A DNA stretch of 64,000 nt from Pristiophorus japonicus (Eukaryota). The position numbers and the translations under genes were made by a program. Position 1 is the first letter of the stretch, and each line of letters begins with the position of its first letter. Location of the stretch: assembly GCF_044704955.1 (NCBI RefSeq), contig NC_091979.1, positions 305,536,001 to 305,600,000 on the forward strand, read 5' to 3'. A model generated the notes under the pieces. That model saw nothing but the letters and a program-made list of their open reading frames with translations. It was not told the origin of the DNA and did no database searches. Positions 25,484 to 37,500 of the stretch are shown piece after piece.

Positions 25484-26713
25484 AACATAGAAACATAGAA
25501 AATAGGTGCAGGAGTAGGCCATTCAATGAGTTCATGCCTGAACATGCAACTTCAGTACCCCATTCCTGCTTTCTCGCCATACCCCTTGATCCCCCTAGTA
25601 GTAAGGACTACATCTAACTCCTTTTTGAATATATTTCGTGAATTGGCCTCAACAACTTTCTGTGGTAGAGAATTCCACAGGTTCACCACTCTCTGGGTGA
25701 AGAAGTTTCTCCTCATCTCGGTCCGAAATGGCTTACCCCTTATCCTTAGACTGTGTCCCCTGGTTCTGGACTTCCCCAACATTGGGAACATTGTTCCTGC
25801 ATCTGTCTAAACCCATCAGAATTTTAAACGTTTCTATGAGATCCCCTCTCCTTCTTCTGAACTCCAGTGAATACAAGCCCAGTTGATCCAGTCTTTCTTG
25901 ATATGTCAGTCCCGCCATCCCGGAATCAGTCTGGTGAACCTTCACTGCACTCCCTCAATAGCAAGAATGTCCTTCCTCAAGTTAGGAGACCAAAACTATA
26001 CACAATACTCCAGGTGTGGCCTCACCAAGGCCCTGTACAACTGTAGTAACACCTCCCTGCCCCTGTACTCAAATCCCCTCGCTATGAAGGCCAACATGCC
26101 ATTTGCTTTCTTAACCGCCTGCTGTACCTGCATGCCAACCTTCAATGACTGATGTACCAGGTCTCATTGCACCTCCCTTTTCCTAATCTGTCACCATTCA
26201 GATAATAGTCTGTCTCTCTCTGTTTTTACCACCAAAGTGGATAATCTCACATTTATCCACATTATACTTCATCTGCCATGCATTTGCCCACTCACCTAAC
26301 CTATCCAAGTCACTCTGCAGCCTCATAGCATCCTCCTCACAGTTCACACTGCCACCCAACTTAGTGTCATCCGCAAATTTGGAGATACTACATTTAATCC
26401 CCTCGTCTAAATCATTAATGTACAGTGTAAACAGCTGGGGCCCCAGCACAGAACCTTGCGGTACCCCACTAGTCACTGCCTGCCATTCTGAAAAGTACCC
26501 ATTTACTCCTACTCTTTGCTTCCTGTCTGCCAACCAGTTCTCAATCCACGTCAGCACACTACCCCCAATCCCAGGTGCTTTAACTTTGCACATTAATCTC
26601 TTGTGTGGGACCTTGTCGAAAGCCTTCTGAAAGTCCAAATACACCATATCAACTGGTTCTCCCTTGTCCACTCTACTGGAAACATCCTCAAAAAATTCCA
26701 GAAGATTTGTCAA
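25484..26713 (-). mobile_element. CR1 LINE RT/3' fragment
   Basis: LTNLLEFFEDVSSRVDKG...GVPQGSVLGP...KFADDTK; tail. Confidence 0.95.
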
Positions 26714-28818
26714 GGAGGTATATGGACAACAGCCACTGCATGCTGGAGCAGCAAACGGAGAATGGAGGAAGGATATTGACAAGAAGGGTGACCATTTGTA
26801 ACTCCATCACATTGTTTCTGACCTTAGTTGTTGCCAATGCCCCTCACCTACCCCCAAGTACAAGCATAAAAAGCTTGTGTGTGTGGATACTACAGTTGAG
26901 CTGTCAAGTATCGACACTGCTGATATCTGTTCTTTCTGCGCGTTCCTTTCTCTCTACCTCATAGATTTTATCATTTGTAGAGGGGCAGCTGAAAGGGGAT
27001 TTTCAAGTTGCAGGCTGAATGGTGACAGTGTGTCAGGAAACCACATTTACCCAACGGTTTACACACGTGAAGAACACCGGGGAGAGGAAACGTTGATTTG
27101 TAGCTGTGGTGGCAGAATTTATTTTTCAATATTTTGGAATTAAATAACGGAAAAGGCCTCTAGTATGACATAAGTTTGCTGATTGTGTGGCATATGGTTC
27201 CAAGCATCTTGAAGGGCTGTAGAAAGGAATGTAAGACCCATTAAACAGTGAAAGTGCAGTGTTAGTGGACCGAGCCTTGGCTCAAGGCCAAGCTTTGTTT
27301 CGGATCCCTGTTGTTTAAAATAATGAAGTGACTATTTTTACTAACGCTCATCCTTCTGCGCCTGCATCCTCTGGACTCCCACCCCCCCCTCGCCCACCAG
27401 AAACCGGAACCAGAAGTGGGACCCCGCTATTGACCACGCTGTTTCTCCGCACCTGCGGCAGGCGGGCAGGGGGAGAGAGCCAAGGGGGAGGGGGAAGAGA
27501 GAGCCGATGGGTGGCGGGGGAGAGAGAGAGAGAGAGAGAGCGGACGGCGGGGGGAAAGAGAGCTGGCGGCGGGGGCAGGGGGAGAAAGAGCCGGCGGACG
27601 GCAGGTGGAAAGAGAGTTGGGGTGTGGGGGGAACAGAGAGACGTTGGGGGGGTGCGGTGGGGGGGGAAGGAGAGGGGAGAGAGAGTAAGCTCAAGGAAGA
27701 CGGATTGCGTTCTTCTAATCTCCTTTACACTCGAACTCGATTTCTCAGAAAGCTCGGTGTGTGTATTACAAGGGACATGGTTGGAATGGATGAAATCGAG
27801 AAGTCACGGCACTGTCACTATTCACTTCATACCCAATAAACCTGTTAACAATCCGTGACCCACACAGTGCCGCATCTGTGGCAGGGAGGGATGGGTGGGG
27901 TAAGGTCATGCACTTACACTGGGGTAAGGGACTTTGGCTGGAACTTTGTTCGCGATCGCTCCTCTCTGGCTTCTGAAGTCAGAATGGATCAAATTACAAT
28001 TTTCAAAGCAAGTCAGAACTTGGACTGGGCGGTTCTAGTTACACATTCCAGAGAAAATTCAGGGTGTGGCTTATCCTCCAAGGGGACCAATCAGAGACAC
28101 GGTGGCCATTTTGTTAATACAAATAAGCCCATCTTTAAAATAGTCTGGAACTTCATTTTTTTTCTGAGGTAGTTCTCTGCCGGTCAGCTTGGGAATGCAA
28201 CATTGAGGCTATTTGTAGCTGTTTGCTTAGCTTGCATCTCCCCATTCCCCACACCTCACCACTCGAGGGCAGAGGGGAAATCTGCTCGAAGGCGAACTGC
28301 TGGGAGGTGTCCCAGAGCTTGCCGCAGAAATGAGGCTCCCTCTGATTTCTCTGCCCATTCCTCATGTTTCAGTTCCCACTTCAACAGCATGCCAAACATG
28401 AGGGACTCGGTGAGTGCAGAATGGGATTGGAGTCGCGTATCAATAAGACACCACTGTGTAGTCCAACTCTCTGGACCTCGAGTGCTCCATGGCACCTCTC
28501 CCTTAAATAAATAAAAGCAACCTAAATTTACACTGTGTATGGATTGTTTGATGTTTCTTCTTGTGTCTATACATGGGTAAAACTCACCGGTTCTGCACTC
28601 AGTAGGGAGCACAGGTGATGATTGTCTCACTCCGAGCACAGCTTCCTACTGGAAACGTGCAAATGGTGGATCTACTCCATACATTGTTTCGGGAATTTGG
28701 TTTCAGTCTTGAATACTTCACTGAGGAAGCACTACTTACTTGCTGTCGTTCCTGTCTGTTGGAATCAAGCCCCTTGTTAGTGTGCATCACTGTACCGTTG
28801 CAAAATCTACACCTCGTT

Positions 28819-29133
28819 AAGTCCAGAACCAGGGGTCACAGCCGAAGGATAAGGTAAGCCATTTAGGACCGAGATGAAGAGAAACTTCTTCACTCGGAGA
28901 ATTGTGAACCTGTGGAATTCTCTACCACAGAAAGTTGTTGAGGCCAGTTCGTTAGATATATTCAAAAGGGAGTTAGATGTGGCCCTTATGGCTAAAGGGA
29001 TCAAGGGGTATGGAGAGAAAGCAGGAGTGGAGTACTGAAGTTGCATGATCAGCCATTATTATATTGAATGGTGGTGCAGGCTCGAAGGGCCGAATGGCCT
29101 ACTCCTGCACCTATTTTCTATGTTTCTATGTTT
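28819..29133 (+). mobile_element. CR1 3' fragment
   Basis: RNFFT..VNLWNSLPQ coding part; TTTCTATG tail. Confidence 0.92.
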
Positions 29134-29209
29134 CATGATCGAATGAAGTTTAATTTGTTAATTTTATGACAATAGCAACAACTTGTATTAATATAGCACC
29201 TTTAATGTA

Positions 29210-29880
29210 TCCTCCATCATCAAGGCTGCCTATTTCCACCTCCTGTAACATCGCCCCTCTCCGCCCCTGCATCAGCCCATCTGCTGCTGAAACCCTCATC
29301 TATGCTTTTGTTACCTCCAGTCTTGGCAATTCCAATGTTCTCCTGGCCGGTCTCCCACCCTCCACCCTCCGTAAACATAATCTCTTCCAAAACTGCTGCA
29401 CATATCCTAACCTGCACCAAGTCCCATTCCCACACCGTACTTGCTGACCTACATTGGCTCCCGGTCCGCCAGTGCCCCGATTTAAAAAAAAAAAAAAAAA
29501 AATTCTCAGTCATGTTCAGATCCCTCCATGGTCTCCCTCCTCCCAATCTCTGTAACCTCCTCCAGCCCGACAACCCTCCGAGAACTCTGCGTACCTCCAA
29601 TTCTTGTCCTTTGTGAATACCCCACTCCCTTAGCCTCACCATTGGCGGCCGTGTCTTTAGCCTTCTACGCCCATGTTCTGGAAATACCTCCCTAAACCTC
29701 TCCACCTCTCATCTCTTAAGACCCCCCTTAAAACCCACCTTAAACCCACCTCTTTGATCAAGCTTTTAGTCATCCCTCCTCATTACTCCATTGTCTCGCC
29801 GTTCATTTTTGTCGGATTATGTCTCTGTGAAGCAACTTGGGACATTTCTCTACATTAAAGGCACCATATAACTGCAAGCT
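29210..29880 (+). mobile_element. L2-type LINE 3' fragment
   Basis: AAETLIYAFVTSSLGNSNVLLAGLP; VLADLHWLPV. Confidence 0.85.
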
Positions 29881-30224
29881 CTTGGGGTGGCGATTCATTT
29901 GTTAGTGCAGAGAGTCCATACCATCCATATTAAAGGGAGAGACCAACACTGGGAAACGTGAAGAGTGTATTAATAATCATTGAGTATAATAGAATGCAAG
30001 CTCAATACTGAAGGCAGTTAGACATGTGCACAGAGCTCAAAATTCCTGTCCCTGTGGCTTATCTGCAAATACATTTGAGTTTTTTTGAATGATTGTCGTG
30101 TATAATGGTTTTTGTTCCAATGCAAGAAAATCAATCATTTTGAAAGGGCTCAGTAGAGCTTTTGGCTCAGAGTTGCTGATGGTGATATCAGAGAAAGAAA
30201 GACTTAGATTTATATAGCGCTTTT

Positions 30225-31030
30225 CATCATCATCATCATCATCATCATCATAGGCAGTCCCTCGGAATCGAGGAAGACTTACTTCCACTCCCAAAGTGAG
30301 TTCTTTGATGGCTGAACAGTCCGATACGAGAGCCACAGACCCTGTTACAGGTGGGACAGACATTCGTCGAGGGAAGGGGTCGGTGGGGCTGGTTTGCCGC
30401 GCGCTCCTTCCGCTGCCTGCGCTTGGCCCCTTCATGCTCTTTGCGTTGAGACTCGAAGAGCTCAACATCCTCCCAGATGCACTTTCTCCACCTCGGGCGG
30501 TCTTCGGCCAGGGTCTCCCAGGTGTTAGTAGTGATGTCGCACTTTACCAGGGAGGCTTTGAGGGTGTCCTTATAACGTTTCCGCTGTCCTCCTTTGGCTC
30601 GTTTACCATGAAGGAGCTCCGCATAAAGCATTTGCTTAGGGAGTCTTGTATCTGGCATGCGAACTATGTGGCCTGCCCAGCGAAGATGATAGTGTGTTCA
30701 GTGCTTCAATACTGGGGATGTTAACCTGGTCGGGGACACTTGATGTTGGTGCACCTGTCCTCCCAGGGGATTTGCAGGATCTTGCGGAGACATCGTTGGT
30801 GATATATCTCCAATGACTTGAGGTGCCTTCTATACATCATCCATGTCTCAGACCCATACAGGAGGATGGGTGTTATTACAGCCCTGTAGACCATGAGTTT
30901 GGTGGTAGATTTGAGGGTCTGGTCTTCAAAACTCTTTTCCTCAGACGGCCGAAGGCTGCGCTGGCGCACTGGAGGCGATGCTGAATCTCCGCATCAATGT
31001 CTGCCTTTGTTGATAAGAGGCTACCAAGAT
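30225..31030 (-). mobile_element. RTE LINE 3' fragment
   Basis: (CAT)n tail; MPDTRLPKQMLYAELLHGKR...CPTC; LLYGSETW. Confidence 0.93.
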
Positions 31031-31197
31031 ATGAGATCACCAGACGTCTCAAAGCGTTTTACAGCCAATTATGTACTTTTGAAATGTAGTCACTGTTGTA
31101 ATGTGGGAAACGCAGTTGCCAATTTGCGTACGGCAAACAGCAATGTGATAATGACCAGATAATCTGTTTTTGTTATGTTGATTGAGGGATAAATATT

Positions 31198-31830
31198 AAA
31201 AGAGCAGCGAGCGGCGACCTCTGGACAGCGTGGAGGCCTTCTAAGTGCCGTTACCACAGCCCTAATAATAGATTCTGATGGTCTAGCATCAGAGGCCCCG
31301 ACCTGTGAGAGACCATCAGCGGCAGGTCGGGGCCATAAAAGGAGCGGCGAGCAGCGGCCTGGGAGCAGCATGGAGGCATGTCACTTCAAGGTACAACATG
31401 AGCTGGTGCAGGAGGGCAACAGCAGCGAAGAGTGACGTCAGCAAGGTCCAGGTCGGTGATTGGCGCGTGGGCGGATACAGCAGGGGCAGCCAGAGACTGT
31501 GGAGAGATGTGATCGGAGCCCAGGAGAGGCGTGAGGTCGGGACCAGGGGCAGCACAGGCCAGCCCACACTGTGATATGTGTGCGCACTCGGTCCGTGCAG
31601 CAGAGCTGGTATCCAGTTGTCTTGGTTAATCCTTGCCACTGGACCAAGACCTAGCTCTGTCAAGCCCGTGTGGTTGCTGGTGTGCAAAGGCCACCATACG
31701 TTAAAAAAAATCCACGCACAGGCATCTTCCACCCTTGAGGATGTAGTTCTGGTTCTGTGAACTCATCCTTTTTTTGGCGTGGCAGCAAGTCATCCTTGTT
31801 TCGAGGGACCGCCTATGAATGAATAAAATG
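31198..31830 (+). mobile_element. Non-autonomous RTE-derived element (SINE-like)
   Basis: 7-bp TSD AAATATT; ends in RTE-type GCAAGTCATCC..TCGAGGGACCGCCTATG; second copy at 46783. Confidence 0.8.
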
Positions 31831-32460
31831 AAATATTGGCCAGTACACCGGGAATAACTCCCCTGTTCTTCTTCGAAATAGTGCCATGGGATCTTTTATG
31901 TCCACCCGAGAGAGCAGACGTCTCGGTTTAACGTCTTATCTGAAAGATGGCACCTCCGACAGTGCAGTACTCCCTCGCCACTCGGAATGTCAGCCTGAAT
32001 TTTTGTGCTCCAGTCCCTGGAGTGAGATTTAAACCCACAACCTTCTGATTCAGAGGCGAGTGTGCTGCCCACTGAGCCACAGCTGATATTGGCCAATCTT
32101 AATGTATAACCTTCCTCGCTCTGCTATTTTAATGGAGACGTCAACCTGCTCATCATAAATGGGCTTCTGTCTCAGTCAAAACAGTGTCAGACCAACACCA
32201 GTATTATCTGCAACAGTAACCTCTGCTCTTGTGTGTTTGAAGATTTTAAAAACAAAAGATGTTTGAAATTCATAACAGGTCGATCAGCATTTTATTTATT
32301 AAGAGTGGAAAGGACAGGTTAATGTTTGGGATGAGACTTTTCATCAGAGCTCAGCTCTAAGGTTTTGCTTCAATGATATTGGCTCATCCTCATCCCTCCC
32401 ATAGCCCCGCAAAAATAAAACTAGTTTAGTTAAAAGACTTAAGACCGCATACCTCACTCC

Positions 32461-32754
32461 AGTCTAAGGGTAAGGGGTAAGCCATTTAGGGCCGAGAGGA
32501 GGAGAAACTTCTTCACTCAGAGTGGTGAACCTGTGGAATTCTCTACCGCAGAAAGTTGTTGGGGCCAGTTCGTTGGATATATTCAAAAGGGAGTTAGATG
32601 TGGCCCTTAAGGCTAAAGGGATCAAGGGGTATGGAGAGAAGGCAGGAGTGGGGTACTGAAGTTGCATGATCAGCCATGATCATATTGAATGGTGGTACAG
32701 GCTCGAAGGGCCGAATGGCCAACTCCTGCATCTATTTTCTATGTTTCTATGTTT
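32461..32754 (+). mobile_element. CR1 3' fragment
   Basis: Same family as 28819-29133. Confidence 0.9.
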
Positions 32755-32829
32755 CAAGTGATCCCTCACCTGGGCTGACATGGGTTCTCGGGGGCAGGGA
32801 CTGATGAGAGAGGGCCAATCTGGAAGCAC

Positions 32830-33075
32830 AGTCACACAGCACAGAAGGTGGCCCTTCAGCCCATTGTGCCTGTGCCAGCTCTTTGAAGGAGCAATTGGAT
32901 TCGTCCCACTCATCTGTTCCTTCCTCACAGCACTGAAAGTTTTCCTTTTCAAGTATATAATCAATCCCCTTTTGAAAGTTACTATCGTAACTGCTTCCAC
33001 CACCCTTTCAGGCAGTGCAGTGCGTTCCAGATCTCATATCTCTGCATTAATAAAAATACTCCTAATCTGCCCCTG
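32830..33075 (-). mobile_element. CR1 3' fragment (other subfamily)
   Basis: CAGCACAGAAGG..CCCTTCAGCCC terminus; MVEAVTIVTFKRGL. Confidence 0.75.
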
Positions 33076-34196
33076 AATGCCTTGAGATTAGTATAGCTGC
33101 GGTTTGTAAGAGATTTCAGCTCACAAATTAGCATGATGTGCAATGAAAGGAACCAGCTCCTGGAAAGTGTATTGAAGTCCTGACCATTACTTTGATTTAC
33201 ATATTTGAAGTACCTGTTCATTCCAGGGATAAATTTATTTTTTTCTTGAAAGATAGAATTACATCAGGTTGCAAAATGATGGAAAATGCAACAATGTTTC
33301 GCAAATTTAAATTGCCCAGGAAGTGTGCCCGAGATCCAACTGGAAAATAAATCTTTCACCGAAGTGCACTCCTTTCTAAATTACTCATTTCTAAAATCAC
33401 TGCTGTAAACTGTGCTCTTGCCTGCTTTCAAATTTTTCCCCACTACATTCAAAGTGATGGAACATTGGATGTACATTAAGCTTAGGTTGTGGCAAGCATG
33501 TGTCCCACTTTGCTTCCTTGTCATCATGAGGCCTGTAATCAGAGCCGTCCTTCAGCTCCTTTGTTGCGGGGGGTGGGGAGCAGGTGTATGGGTGGAGTGC
33601 GGCAGCTTTTCTTAAAGCTGCTCATCAGCTTTTGCAACTTTTCTTGGTTGGTGTGTCCGACTCTTCAGTTAACGCTTCAGGGGGGCGCTGTGAGTGTACT
33701 TTCTTGTTTAACATGTGTTGTGATAAGTTTCTGATGACATGTCAGGGGCCGGGTTCAACTAACGAGGGGAAACTGCTGGCTTCTGCTAGATTCCCATCCG
33801 TCCCGCGACAGGATGAGGCCACGGCAATGTTAACTGGGCCGGGACAACCTGCTGCCGACCGTATTCCTGCTGAGAATGGGTGGGAAGTGGGAGAGAAGCA
33901 GCTTCTGGCCAGCAGAAATTCAGGGAGCCAAGAACCACCCACTGGTGCTCAAGTAAATCGGGGGGGGGGGGGGAAACCGAGAGGGGAGTGTCTCGTTGTA
34001 CGGCTGGGGTGGGAGTGGGTGGGTGTAGTCCTGGGAAGGGCAGGACTAAACTTTCCCTATGGGGCATGGAGGAGCACTCCAGATCTTCCTGGCTCCACAA
34101 AGGAAAGTAAATAACCGTCCCATGATCGACCTCGTCTGGTCTCAGACCCTCTTCTCACGACTTCACCTTCACCTGGTGGGAAAACTCCGGTGGCTT

Positions 34197-34444
34197 CGAA
34201 TATGTCCTTACTATACAGTATAAATGCACACGTGGCCCATACTTGAGAGAAGGTCAGTCTGTGACCAGTAACCTTTATTCACCAGCACTGAAGTGATGAA
34301 GATGGGTGGAGCTTCCCCTTTTATACCTGAAAGTGCAGGTTAGGAGTGCCTCCCACAAGTTCACCACCTAGTGGTCAGTGTTCTCACGGTGTACAACTTA
34401 GGTCAGTTTATACATGGATTACAATGACAGTTGAATACATAACC
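34197..34444 (-). mobile_element. Solo LTR
   Basis: LTR layout in reverse (AATAAA, TATAAAA on minus); flanked by a GCTT duplication; termini mutated. Confidence 0.7.
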
Positions 34445-34574
34445 GCTTCCCTGCTCAGGATAAAGTTAAAATTACCGTCGGGTGGCCCGTGATATCATTA
34501 TTTTAGTCCAGCTGCTGTTGAAAAGGAGATGAGCCCTAGATTCTCTGATCAGCATTATTTTAAGGATTATTGCC

Positions 34575-37500
34575 CATTATGTATTGAACCCTTGGCAACC
34601 TGTATCACACCACCACCAGAGGGCCTACCTGTTGGAGCCCCAAGGGATCCCAGTATCCCCTGGGAGCACGGTATATAAGCAGGCCTCCCACGCTGTACCT
34701 GCACTCTGGAGTCTAATTAAAGGAGCTAAGGTCACACTTACTCATTGTGTACAGTACTCAGTTTCATCCTTTATTATGAGCATAATAATTGGCGACGAGG
34801 TAACAAACAACCACGCGAAAATGCAAAGAACTGTTGGTACCCTGGAGAAGTTCTCAGAAAGGGATGATTGGGAGGCCTTCGTGGAGAGACTCAACCAATA
34901 CTTCGTGGCCAACAAGCTGAAAGGGGACGAAAACGCTGCCAAACGAAGGGCGATCCTCCTTGCTGTCTGTGGGGCAATAACCTATGGCCTTATGAAGAAT
35001 CTTCTAGCTCCAGTAAAACCAACAACCAAATCCTATGAAGAATTGTGTACGCTGGTCCAGGAGCACCTAAATCTGAAGGAAAGCGTTTTGATGGCGAGGC
35101 ATCGGTGGGCTAGGAAGTGGCGAGCTACATCATCGAACTAAGGCGCCTTGCAGGAGATTGCAAATTTAATGGATTCCTTGAACAAATGCTAAGAAACTTT
35201 TTTGTGCTTGGCATTGGCCATGAGATAATCCTTCGCAAACTATTGACTGTTGAAACACTGAATCTGAGCAAAGCCCAGGCATTTATGTCCACTAGTGATG
35301 ATAAACAAATTTCGCAGCATAAAGAAGTTTCGGCTAGTACTGTGCACAAAGTAACATCGTTTTCGAGCAGGAATATACATGGCAGAACGTACACATTGGC
35401 TGCTGCACGACCTCAGATGACCCAGAGTCTGCCATCAATCATTAATGCGAGGCAGTTAACACCTTGTTGGTGCTGTGGAGGTGATCATAGGGCCCATCAA
35501 TGCCGCTTCAAGCAATATACATGCAACGGCTGCAGAACAACGGGACGCCTCCAACGAATGTGCAGACGAGCTGCAAACCCTGCAAACCACCATGTTGCAG
35601 AGGAAGATCAATCCATGGCGGATCAGGCTGAACTAGAGACTCGAATCGAGGAGGCAGAAGTGTATGGGGGGTACACCTTCACCACGAAATGTCCGCCGAT
35701 TATGTTAAAAGTTGAACTGAACGGAATTCCAGTGTCCATGGAACTGGACACGGGTGCAAGTCAGTCCATAATGAGCAAAAAGGCCTTCGACAGGCTGTGG
35801 TGCAACAAGGCACACAGGCCCAAGCTCAGCCCCATTCACACCAAGCTTAGAACTTACACCAAAGAGATGATCCCTGTAATTGGCAGTGTAGAAGTCAAAG
35901 TCGCCTATGATAGAGCAGTGCATGAACTCACACTATGGATCATGCCAGGGGATGGCCCCACACTGTTTGGCAGAAGCTGGCTGGGAAAAATCCGCTGGAA
36001 CTGGGACGACATCTGAGCGCTTTCGTCCGTTGACGATGCCTCATGTGCCCAGGTTCTGAACAGATTTCCATTGTTGTTCAAGCCAGGCATTGGAAGTTTC
36101 TCGGGGATGAAAGTGTATATCCACTTGGTTCCTGGTACACGACCCATCCACCACAAGGCACGGGCGGTACCGTATATGATGCGAGAGAACGTGGAAATTG
36201 AGCTGGACAGGCTGCAGCGAGAAGGCATCATCGCGCCAGTGGAATTCAACGAGTGGGCCAGTCCGATTGTCCCACAAAGGTGACGGCATGGTCAGGACTA
36301 TAAAGTAATGATTAACCGTTTTTCGCTACATGACCAGTACCCGCTACCCAAATCAGACGACCTTTTTGCAACCCTGGCTGGAAGAAAGACGTTCACCAAG
36401 TTGGACCTGACCTCTGCCTACATGACTCAGGAGCTGGAGGAATCTTCGAAAGGCCTCACCTCCATCAACACGCACAAAGGTCTGTTCATCTATAACAGAT
36501 GCCCATTCGGGATTCGTTTGGCCGCGGCAATTTTCCAACGGAACACGGAGAGCCTGCTAAAGTCGGTTCCACGCACCGTGGTTTTCCAGGACGACATACT
36601 GGTCACAGGTCGGGACACCATCAAACACTTGAAGAATTTGGAAGAGGTTCTAAGTCGGCTAGTTCGCGTGGGACTCAGGTTGAATCGCTCAGTGTGTTTT
36701 CCTGGTGCCAGAGGTCGAGTTGTTGGGAAGAAGAATTGCAGCGGATGGCATCAGACCCACCGACGCCAAGACGGAAGCCATCAAGCATGCGCCGAGACCA
36801 CAGAATGTGACGGAGCTGCGGTCGTTCCTGGGACTTAACTATTTTGGTAATTTCCTACCCGAATTCAGCACCTTGCTAGAACCTCTACATGTGCTATTGC
36901 GCAAGGGAAACGATTGGGTATGGGGGAATTCACAAGAGGCTGCCTTTGAGAAAGCCAGAAATCTGTTATGTTCAAACAAACTGCTTGTTCTGTATAACCC
37001 ATGTAAATGATTAGTGCTAGCTTGCGATGCGTCGTCATACAGGGTCGGGTGTGTGTTACAACAGGTTAACGAATCGGGGATTTTGCAACCGGTCGCCTAT
37101 GCATCCAGGAGTCTGTCCAAGGCCGAAAGAGCCTACGGCATGATTGAAAAAGAAGCTCTGGTGTGCGTTTACGGGGAGAAAAAATGCACCAGTGCTGAAT
37201 TCAAGGAATTCATGACCCACAATGGGATCAAGTACATCACATCCGCCCCGTTCAAGCCCACATCCAACGGCCAGGCAGAACGGGCAGTTCAAACCATCAA
37301 GCAAAGCTTGAAATGCATGTCTCCCTGCAGACCCGACTGTCCCGAGTCCTGCTCAGCTATCGCACTAGATCCCACTTGCTCACCGGGGTTCCCCCAGCTG
37401 AGCTGCTCATGAAAAGGGCGCTCAAAACAAGGCTGTCTCTTGTCCACCCTGACCTCCATGATCACGTTGAGAGCAGGCGGAATCAACAAAGCATGTACCA

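Larger units (their letters stand above)
30190..32088 (-). mobile_element. Deu-SINE split by two insertions (pieces ~30190-30225, 31035-31197, 31831-32088)
   Basis: The pieces are colinear with the intact SINE at 41323-41782. Confidence 0.8.

Noticed and set aside
35117-36016. 299-aa gag-protease ORF as a domesticated gene
   Set aside because: Part of a frameshifted Gypsy copy that still has its LTRs and TSD; no sign of selective preservation
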